From the IMG/VR virus record IMGVR_UViG_3300009408_000009: 60,405 nt of DNA, one strand, 5' to 3'. The position numbers were made by a program, and so were the translations under genes. The stretch is from an uncultured virus (IMG/VR IMGVR_UViG_3300009408_000009) (lineage: Duplodnaviria > Heunggongvirae > Uroviricota > Caudoviricetes). Position 1 is the stretch's first letter, and the number at the start of each line of letters is the position of its first letter. This document shows, in pieces, positions 18,349 through 26,068 of the stretch. The notes below the pieces were generated by a model that was given only the letters and a program-made list of their open reading frames with translations, did not search any database and was not told the origin of the DNA.

Positions 18349-19255
18349 TTAAAAATTTTTTTATTTTATGTTTAACTATTTCAGCATTTTCATTATAGTC
18401 ATGTTCCCATATAATTAAAATATCATATCCACTCTGTTTAAGTTTAGATATTTTATTGATATCATAATTTCGTTTTATTGTAACATCTTCTTTATATGTT
18501 GGGTGTATATCGCCGGTTTCAAATAAACGATTACTACAATGCCAATAGTCTCCGAAATATTCTATAATTTTATTATCAACTTTAATATCAACATTATACC
18601 CGATAACAAATTCATTAGCTACTGCATTATATCCCAAATCTTTTTGTACAAAATCAAATAACTCAATTTCTGCTAAGCTTTTATAATTTGTCGTAAAATT
18701 ACCAAATCTACTAACTAATTTGTCAGCGCCCAATTTTTCAGAATATCGCTTCATTGAGTTTGATATTTTTAATTTGCTTTTATTACTATGAATTTTGCCT
18801 GTAAATTTTTTTGATTTTGCAGATAGCGATGTTTGAGTTTTACTTATTTTTTCAATAGCATCCTTCTCCGAATATCCTTTGTTTATCCAAAATTCTACTC
18901 TAAACGATGATCTTTTGTTTCTATCTGATTTGGGAGCTGCAGCAGATTTATTTGCATTTTTAGTTTGAATTTCGCTAACTTTTCGTATAGCTTCTTCCTT
19001 TACATATCCTTGCTTAATCCAATAGTTGTAATCAAAAATACTAGATTTATTTTTCTTATATTTATCTATCCATTTTTTCTGCTTAAATCGCTCCTTCCAC
19101 ATCTTAGATAAATTCTGCTTTTGGTATTCTTGGGTTGTGTGTACAGTAGCTACATTATATAATAATTTATAATCAGCAATATTCATATCGTGTTTACGTG
19201 TAATATGGCTTACAAGAGATTTTCCTACAAATCCACAAATTTTACATACGTAAAA
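18332..19255 (-). CDS. Free-standing Vsr-like homing endonuclease between helicase parts
   Basis: IIEYFGDYWH, IIWEHD; upstream in-frame CKICG...SH zinc-finger before ATG 19186 (start uncertain). Confidence 0.75.
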   Translation of the reverse strand, partial: FYVCKICGFVGKSLVSHITRKHDMNIADYKLLYNVATVHTTQEYQKQNLSKMWKERFKQKKWIDKYKKNKSSIFDYNYWIKQGYVKEEAIRKVSEIQTKNANKSAAAPKSDRNKRSSFRVEFWINKGYSEKDAIEKISKTQTSLSAKSKKFTGKIHSNKSKLKISNSMKRYSEKLGADKLVSRFGNFTTNYKSLAEIELFDFVQKDLGYNAVANEFVIGYNVDIKVDNKIIEYFGDYWHCSNRLFETGDIHPTYKEDVTIKRNYDINKISKLKQSGYDILIIWEHDYNENAEIVKHKIKKFLNDTYT

Positions 19256-19257
19256 TT

Positions 19258-20040
19258 TTACATAGTCTTACCAACACCACATTGCTTCATTAATTTTTGA
19301 GCATCTGATGCTGTTATTGATATTTTATCATTTAAACGTATAATATCCCATGGTTTTTGCCATATTATGTATCCATTTTCAAGCTCAAATCCAATTTCAT
19401 CATATTCTATATCAATTTTAGTATCACCACCAACACATTTCCCTACACCGCTTGGTGCAACCACCACCGCTAATTCGCCACCACCTAATCCACCATTCAT
19501 CAATTCATCTATTGGCTCCCAACCGGTTGGGATAGTGCTTCTGTTTTCCTCTGAATACCTTTTCTCAAAATCTACTTTGTAATCCATACCTAAATCGGTA
19601 TTAATTCCAACTTTCATCGCCTTATCTACTTCAGTTTTAATTTTATCATATTCACCTAATTTTAATAAATCAACCGATTTTAAAATTACTTGTTTTAAAT
19701 TTTGATTGATGCAAAACCTAGTAAATTCATCTTTAATATATTGTAAATCTACGGTGCCAACTTGTGTAAAAATATGACGTAATTGGTCTATTGCTGTTTT
19801 TTTTAATATTGGGTTTTCAAGTTGTTCTATTTTAACCTTAAACACATCAAGTGTTGGTGGTTTTTTATATAACGCATGATAATCAATTATTTCACTTACT
19901 AACCATTTATTTGCTTCTGATTCAAAAAATATTGGTTTAATAATATCAGTTAAAGTATCTAAAAATTGCGCATCAGTAAGTAAACTAGAAATAGTTTTTG
20001 TTTGAAAACTATGACCATATTTTTGTAAACTGTCTTGCAT
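19258..20040 (-). CDS. DnaB/gp41 helicase, part 1, with short atypical N-intein
   Basis: IPTGW...GGLGGGEL...APSGVGK|CVGGDTKIDIEY. Confidence 0.9.
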   Translation of the reverse strand: MQDSLQKYGHSFQTKTISSLLTDAQFLDTLTDIIKPIFFESEANKWLVSEIIDYHALYKKPPTLDVFKVKIEQLENPILKKTAIDQLRHIFTQVGTVDLQYIKDEFTRFCINQNLKQVILKSVDLLKLGEYDKIKTEVDKAMKVGINTDLGMDYKVDFEKRYSEENRSTIPTGWEPIDELMNGGLGGGELAVVVAPSGVGKCVGGDTKIDIEYDEIGFELENGYIIWQKPWDIIRLNDKISITASDAQKLMKQCGVGKTM

Positions 20041-20045
20041 ATTTA

Positions 20046-21119
20046 TTAAGTATGTGTTATGAGGCTACCATATGTAGTGTTTATCCAATTGTTTATGTTA
20101 CTGCCAAATCCATTTATAATACCATATTTTAAACAAGTTTGAAAAAACTTAGGTTTGTTCAAAGGAATTATTTTTTCATCGTATCGTGTTAATATATTCA
20201 TTTTAATACTAGCATTCATGGTTGGATTTTCTAATTGCATTAACTCTCTATTTAATAAAATTTGTGATTCTGCATTTATAATATCATCATATAATTTAAT
20301 CGGTTTTTGCTTTTCATTTAAACGTATATCCCGTTTCTTTTTTGCTAAGTCAAGTAAATCATTAACTGTTAGTTTTCGTTTCTCGCTTAGTTCTGGAAAT
20401 CGTTTTAAAAGGGTTGTTATACCGCAACCTTTAATCCCAGGAATATTATCTGATACATCGCCATCTAAAACTCTGTATAACAATACGTTATATGATTCTA
20501 TTCCGAAATCTTCTTTAATTATTTGTCTATTATAAATTTTCTTTTTTGTAGGTGACCAAACAATAACTTTGTCATTAACAAGTTGTAAAAAATCTTTATC
20601 TGTTGACATGATTACGGCTTCTTCATCCGGTTTTAAAAGTTGAGTAGCTACGTACCCCATAACATCATCAGCCTCAACCATATCATAAATCATAGTAGTA
20701 ACTGGTAATACACTTAGTACATCATCTAGCCATCTATATTGTCGTTTCATCGAAGTTCGTTCATCTTCTTTAGTCATCATTTCGGGGTATTGACGATTTA
20801 CTCGTAATTTATTTTTTCCTCGATTTGCTTTATAACCACCAAACTTCTTTTTTCTTGAAGTTGAACCATCCTTCCCATCAAAAACTACAACTACACGTGT
20901 TGGTCTTACTTGTTTAATTGCATATCCAATTGATTTTAATACACCTGTAATTCCAGCTACATGGTCACCATTATCATTCATTGTTGGAATTGCAGACCAA
21001 CATCTTATGAAAGTATTTGTACCATCAATTATTAATACACGAGAATTTTGATGCATATTAATATTTTTAGTATGATCTTTTTCAACTGAATATAAAATGT
21101 TCTTATATAATTCTTTCAT
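20046..21119 (-). CDS. 5'-3' exonuclease / flap endonuclease (T4 RNase H-like)
   Basis: IIDG, VVFDG, YKANR, EADD, STDKDFLQL, GDVSDNIPGI. Confidence 0.9.
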   Translation of the reverse strand: MKELYKNILYSVEKDHTKNINMHQNSRVLIIDGTNTFIRCWSAIPTMNDNGDHVAGITGVLKSIGYAIKQVRPTRVVVVFDGKDGSTSRKKKFGGYKANRGKNKLRVNRQYPEMMTKEDERTSMKRQYRWLDDVLSVLPVTTMIYDMVEADDVMGYVATQLLKPDEEAVIMSTDKDFLQLVNDKVIVWSPTKKKIYNRQIIKEDFGIESYNVLLYRVLDGDVSDNIPGIKGCGITTLLKRFPELSEKRKLTVNDLLDLAKKKRDIRLNEKQKPIKLYDDIINAESQILLNRELMQLENPTMNASIKMNILTRYDEKIIPLNKPKFFQTCLKYGIINGFGSNINNWINTTYGSLITHT

Positions 21120-21139
21120 TTGTAACTGTTTTTAAATAA

Positions 21140-21180
21140 AGTATCATCGGTATGGAATATACCTTACCGATGCTTACTTA
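21140..21180 (-). terminator. Intergenic hairpin (terminator or processing site)
   Basis: CATCGGTA...TACCGATG stem between the recA and exonuclease genes. Confidence 0.4.
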
Positions 21181-21190
21181 ATTGATTGAT

Positions 21191-22453
21191 TTAATCATCT
21201 ATACCAGGTGCTTTAGTATCTAAAGTATTTTCACTGGTATCTAAAGTATTCACTTTATATGATAGAATTTCTTCATGACATATTCGTTCATATATTTGTT
21301 TCTTTAAATCATTATCCGCTTCTAATAAAGTTGGAAAATCTTTTGAAAGAAATTTATGAATTTCGCCAGTTGCAACATCTGTATAAGTATACCATGCACC
21401 TGCTTGAGTTATAAGTTTAGTTTCTTTCATTACCGATAACCATGAACCAACATCATCAATTCCTCTGTTGAAATAAATTTCAAAATCAGCTGCACGTAAT
21501 GGCGGGCCCATTCTATTTTTAATAACTTGGCATCGAACTTTCATTCCAATAATTTTTTTATCCTTATTTTTAATTTGTCCCATGTTTTTTAATCGTAATC
21601 GTACTGATGCATGAAAAGCTAAAGCTTTACCACCACTAGTAGTCCACGGGTCTCCAAACATTGCACCCATTTTAACTCTAAGTTGATTTGTAAAAATTAA
21701 TGATATGTTTTGTCTACCTATTAAGTTAGTAATTTTCCTCATTGCTTTAGAAATAATAATAGCTTTTTGAGTAGCGTATCCCGCTTGATCGTAATCTCCC
21801 GCTAATTCAACTTTCGTACTAGCACCTGCAACTGAATCGACTACAATAGTTACTAATCGTTCTCTATCGGTTTCCCTCACTTTTTGAATTATAGCTTCAA
21901 TATATTCAAATATATCCTCTACTGTATCTGCTGATATATAAAGTAGTTTAGAAACATCTACACCGATTGCTTCTAAAAATTCTCTACTAACTGCAGTTTC
22001 GGTATCAATTAGAACAGCCACGCCCCCTTGCTTTTGTGTTTCTGCAAGGGAATGCGCTGATACTAATGATTTTCCTGAATTATGATTTAAAATTCCATTT
22101 CCAAAGTATGAATGATCTTTACTGTCTACTTTAATATCTACGATACGATGTAATCCAATGTACTCTACTGATTTAACTACTTGATATACATCATCATTTG
22201 TATAAATTTTTGTTATTTTTGGTTTTAATTTATCAGTAGATATCCAACCTCGCGAAGTAAAAAATTTGTGTTTAGCAGAAGTTTTTATTTTTTTACCATC
22301 ATTTAATGTAACTAAAAAAGTAGGTAATACCCCTTTATCAAAATAATCAACAATAGGTACAAATTTATTATTTTTAGTTTTTACTGATATAGTTCTTCCA
22401 TCATTTAATAATGTCTGTACTTGTGATATTGGAATTTGTGTTGCTGTACTCAT
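21191..22453 (-). CDS. recA: RecA/UvsX recombinase, part 2, with 125-aa C-intein
   Basis: TSAKH block B; GNGILNHN|SGKS; IDTE; VVDSVA; TSGGKALAFHASVRL; KNR. Confidence 0.9.
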   Translation of the reverse strand: MSTATQIPISQVQTLLNDGRTISVKTKNNKFVPIVDYFDKGVLPTFLVTLNDGKKIKTSAKHKFFTSRGWISTDKLKPKITKIYTNDDVYQVVKSVEYIGLHRIVDIKVDSKDHSYFGNGILNHNSGKSLVSAHSLAETQKQGGVAVLIDTETAVSREFLEAIGVDVSKLLYISADTVEDIFEYIEAIIQKVRETDRERLVTIVVDSVAGASTKVELAGDYDQAGYATQKAIIISKAMRKITNLIGRQNISLIFTNQLRVKMGAMFGDPWTTSGGKALAFHASVRLRLKNMGQIKNKDKKIIGMKVRCQVIKNRMGPPLRAADFEIYFNRGIDDVGSWLSVMKETKLITQAGAWYTYTDVATGEIHKFLSKDFPTLLEADNDLKKQIYERICHEEILSYKVNTLDTSENTLDTKAPGIDD

Positions 22454-22610
22454 TTAGTCATTATTTATAACTGTTTTTTCTTAATTTTTTCTGTATTATT
22501 TTATTTAAATGAAACTCGCGAGTTTCATTTTTTATATTCTTTTGAGTAATATTCTACTAACTTTTCTTTTTTTCATAATACTAATATTAGTATTACGGAA
22601 ATAGAAAAAA

Positions 22611-22880
22611 TCATTCAATAATTACATCAATAAGTGTATCTTCCGTTACACATTGTTCTAATCCGGTTATTTCTACGATTCTTCCAACTGGAAATCCACC
22701 ATAAGCACGGTTCGAAATCGCTATATCCAAAGTTGCACACCCAGAAGATACCCAGCCCATTACATTTGTAGGGGCTTCATCAGAATCTAAAAAGAATGCA
22801 ACTTTTTGGCCTTTGGTTTTTTTGTTTAGCTCGGCCGCAAGAATATCCGCTAAGTTTTCGTCTTTTCCATCTTTTGCCAT
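22611..22880 (-). CDS. recA: RecA/UvsX recombinase, part 1, with 13-aa N-intein
   Basis: SSGCATLD...GGFPVGRIVEITGLEQ|CVTEDTLIDVIIE*. Confidence 0.9.
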   Translation of the reverse strand: MAKDGKDENLADILAAELNKKTKGQKVAFFLDSDEAPTNVMGWVSSGCATLDIAISNRAYGGFPVGRIVEITGLEQCVTEDTLIDVIIE

Positions 22881-22895
22881 TTGAAAAATTATTTT

Positions 22896-23702
22896 TTATT
22901 TGTTAAATAGTTCGTCAAATGCTGCTCCAACATCAGTTGCGTTTGATGTTACTGTTGTAGGTTGTTTAGTTTCAGGCGCAGCAGTTTTAATTGCAGGCGG
23001 ATTAGGTTTTGAAGTTGATGCAGAAGCAACGGGTTCAGTTTTAGGTTTATCAGGATTTAACCAACCTTCAAGTACAGATTTTAATTCATCATATGAAAGT
23101 TCAGAATATAATTCTGTAATTTCAGTTTGTGTATCTAAAAATCTAGTAGTATCATCTTTAGTATTAGCTAATGGTGTTTGATTTGGTTTAACTCTGATTG
23201 TAGTTACAGGATATGAAGTACCTGCATCTTCTGCAGATTTATACTCAATAGTAATATCTCTACCAGATTGAGGATCTGTAATATCACCGTAATCTGGGTC
23301 AGCAATAGTGCTTAATAATTCTTGATATACAGTTTTACCGAACCCCCAAAATTGTACGCCTTTTGCTTCTTGATCTCTAACTAAAACTGGAACAAATGTA
23401 CGAAGTTTTGGCTCCATTGCTTTTGCAGCTTTCCAGTCCTCTTTATCTCCCATTCGTTTAAGTTTGTCTGCAAACTCAACAATAGGGTCAGGTCGACCAA
23501 ATGAAATGGGAGATAAATAAGTTTTGTTGTTTACGTTATAATGAAAATAAAGTTCGATAAAGCAGTTGTCTGGAACAAATTTGTAAGGAACTATTCTAAC
23601 TTGTTGTTTACCTGGAGTTGGTTTCCACAATAAATCTGATTTTCTTTGAGTGTTTTGCAGTTTGTTCAGTCTACCTCTGATTGCGTTAATGTCTAATGCC
23701 AT
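22896..23702 (-). CDS. Single-stranded DNA-binding protein (gp32-like)
   Basis: VRIVPY, FHY, WGFGKTVYQEL, DITDP.SGRDI; acidic/aromatic tail AFDELF. Confidence 0.8.
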   Translation of the reverse strand: MALDINAIRGRLNKLQNTQRKSDLLWKPTPGKQQVRIVPYKFVPDNCFIELYFHYNVNNKTYLSPISFGRPDPIVEFADKLKRMGDKEDWKAAKAMEPKLRTFVPVLVRDQEAKGVQFWGFGKTVYQELLSTIADPDYGDITDPQSGRDITIEYKSAEDAGTSYPVTTIRVKPNQTPLANTKDDTTRFLDTQTEITELYSELSYDELKSVLEGWLNPDKPKTEPVASASTSKPNPPAIKTAAPETKQPTTVTSNATDVGAAFDELFNK

Positions 23703-23860
23703 CTTGTTTTAAATTTAATTATTATTTATTAATGTTTTATGGTTTTATTTACGTGTCTTTTACCTACACGCGGTGTATATATAAGTATGTATTTTTTATA
23801 AAAATACGCCGTTTTTTTGAAGTTTTTTTGTTATGTTATATTCTAATTATAATATTGTAT

Positions 23861-24184
23861 TTATCTTAATTTTTGGTCAATATATCGTTTAATATCTTTG
23901 ATATCCATAGTATCTGTACCCTTTTCTGAAAATAATTTTGCAGTATATGTTTCGGTTCTATTACGCAAGACAATTACATTATAATCTGATAATTTCTCAT
24001 CTAATACATTATTCATATCCGTCATAAAAGTGGGTGGGGTTGATGCCGGAGTTCCAATCATAAAAATTGGTTTTATACATTTTTGACTTAAGCTAAAATT
24101 ATCATATAAACTATTATGTGTTAGTATGGCAGTTGCAGGTTGTTCAGTACTGTATGTTTGGATATATCCATTAGATTTTGACAT
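23861..24184 (-). CDS. Hypothetical protein
   Basis: 107-aa ORF with an upstream promoter motif. Confidence 0.55.
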   Translation of the reverse strand: MSKSNGYIQTYSTEQPATAILTHNSLYDNFSLSQKCIKPIFMIGTPASTPPTFMTDMNNVLDEKLSDYNVIVLRNRTETYTAKLFSEKGTDTMDIKDIKRYIDQKLR

Positions 24185-24214
24185 ATATGAATCTTTTTTT
24201 TATGTTGAAGTAAT

Positions 24215-24247
24215 GTAAAGATACGACATTTATTTTAAATATCCTAA
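24215..24247 (-). promoter_or_regulatory. Bacteroidota-like promoter
   Basis: TTAGGA...TCGTATCTTTAC. Confidence 0.6.
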
Positions 24248-24264
24248 TTTTTATAGTAGTTTTT

Positions 24265-25425
24265 TTATAATTTTTTTATGTTTGATAAGAGGGCTAATCC
24301 AGTCTTAAATATTTCATCATTAAACCAGTGGTTTAATTTATTAATGGCGTCACTATTATATGACCTATTAATTATCAATTCATTACTATCTTCATCTGTT
24401 GTATTAACTATTTCTTCACTAATTTCCGCATTATCATAAATAGCTAAATTATATACATTTAATGAATATGGACAGGTATTATTAACAAAATTAAGCGTAT
24501 TAGTATATGTTTGTTTTGATTCACCCAATAATCCAATAATGAGATTTAATATTACATTTATATTGTATTTTTTCAATATTTGTACGGATTCTTTTAAAAG
24601 TTTAGTAGTTACTGGTTTTTTAAATGCTTTTAATATGGAATCATTATAACTTTCAACACCAATTTCACACGCAAATATATGTAAATCTTCAAAATTTATT
24701 TTATGAATTTGAGAGCCGGTTGTCTGAACGATAAATCCATTAAATATTGGATTGTACTTTTTTATTATTTTATAAATATCCTTTAATAAACGATAATTAG
24801 AAGATTGGCCAAATGTTTTATCATCTATATAAATTAGTTTAAAATCTAATTTCTTAAAACTCTCTACTTGTTGTAAAATTATATCTTTATTCACTTCGAC
24901 AACCGTATTATCGATCATGCAAAATTTACAATGATAATGACATCCAGTTGACATTTGTAAACGTGGGATTGTAGTATTTTTATCAAACATGGAATAATCC
25001 GTTCCAAATTTATAAGGTACTCCAATTAAATTACATAACTTATTTATATTTTCTATATAGATTGCATCTGTATTTTCTAATTTAGTGTATCCACCATAAT
25101 AAACCGTTTTATCGATACCAGAACATAATGTATCTATAATATTTTTATTTGTATTTAATACTGAAAATATTACTGAATCGTATGATGAATTATTTATAAA
25201 TTTTATTGAATCCTCTATATTTCGGACTATATGTAATTCACAATTAGGAATAGTATATGCAGTTTGAGCAATCCAAACAGGAATTTCCCAAAAATCATCT
25301 GGTCTTTGATATCCATCCTCTAAATGTAACTTATATATTGTATTGTAGTATAACGAAGAAATATCATTATTATCGTTATCACTATTAATCAAGTTGTTAC
25401 TAATCTGACAAAGCAGTATACTCAT
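24265..25425 (-). CDS. Radical SAM enzyme, possibly B12-dependent
   Basis: GCHYHCKFC (CxxxCxxC), IDDKTF, EIGVES. Confidence 0.8.
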   Translation of the reverse strand: MSILLCQISNNLINSDNDNNDISSLYYNTIYKLHLEDGYQRPDDFWEIPVWIAQTAYTIPNCELHIVRNIEDSIKFINNSSYDSVIFSVLNTNKNIIDTLCSGIDKTVYYGGYTKLENTDAIYIENINKLCNLIGVPYKFGTDYSMFDKNTTIPRLQMSTGCHYHCKFCMIDNTVVEVNKDIILQQVESFKKLDFKLIYIDDKTFGQSSNYRLLKDIYKIIKKYNPIFNGFIVQTTGSQIHKINFEDLHIFACEIGVESYNDSILKAFKKPVTTKLLKESVQILKKYNINVILNLIIGLLGESKQTYTNTLNFVNNTCPYSLNVYNLAIYDNAEISEEIVNTTDEDSNELIINRSYNSDAINKLNHWFNDEIFKTGLALLSNIKKL

Positions 25426-25595
25426 TCAATTATTTTTTTAATACCAGCAAACATATATAATTGTGAACCGGAACCTGACTCCCCCCCTCCTTACAATTAG
25501 TGTACCTAGCCTTAATGGTTTAAAAAAATTATACAATTTATCTAAAATTGTAGATTTTTCAGTAATTAGTGATGTTAATTTAATTGGTTTCATAT

Positions 25596-26003
25596 TTAAT
25601 TTTTTGAAAATTCAAGAATATCATAAATTCTAGTTGGAATCTTGTTAGTTCCTTCATTATTAGTAATAACGATAGAATTTCTTAATTGTTCCCAATCAAT
25701 AATAAAGTTTTTATCGAGAACCCCATAATTTTCTTCTTTTACTAACTCGTTTAATGCGTTAATAGTATATAATGTATTATATTCTTTTTTTCTGTGTACT
25801 AAAATTGTGTTATGTAATGGTAAATGCGGTTTATAATCAGTATCTATATTATACGTGACAAAAAGTTCATCTAAATTAGTTTTATTTTGTAATATATAAA
25901 TATAATTATAAACTACATTATATGTGTTTTGCACTTGATCTAGTACAGTTGTTAAATTGGATTTATCAGTAAAAGTACATAAAAGTTGTGTATGCATCGT
26001 CAA
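25596..26003 (-). CDS. Conserved phage hypothetical protein
   Basis: TQLLCTF, VHRKK..NTLYTINALN motifs; TATATTTATA motif upstream. Confidence 0.65.
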   Translation of the reverse strand: MTMHTQLLCTFTDKSNLTTVLDQVQNTYNVVYNYIYILQNKTNLDELFVTYNIDTDYKPHLPLHNTILVHRKKEYNTLYTINALNELVKEENYGVLDKNFIIDWEQLRNSIVITNNEGTNKIPTRIYDILEFSKN

Positions 26004-26068
26004 GTTATTTTTATTAGTTCTTGTATAAATATAAACAGTAAACTAGAAAGATAAACTTTTTTTAATAT

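Noticed and set aside
21215..21252. Tandem duplication NTLDT at the RecA C-terminus
   Set aside because: Short duplication in a disordered tail; no functional signal.
23735..23775. preQ1-I riboswitch
   Set aside because: Stem plus A-rich tail look similar, but the loop lacks the ligand-binding consensus and the context is an SSB gene.
25438..25593. 51-codon ORF with a G7 run (phase variation?)
   Set aside because: Neither frame gives a recognisable or longer product; probably a remnant.
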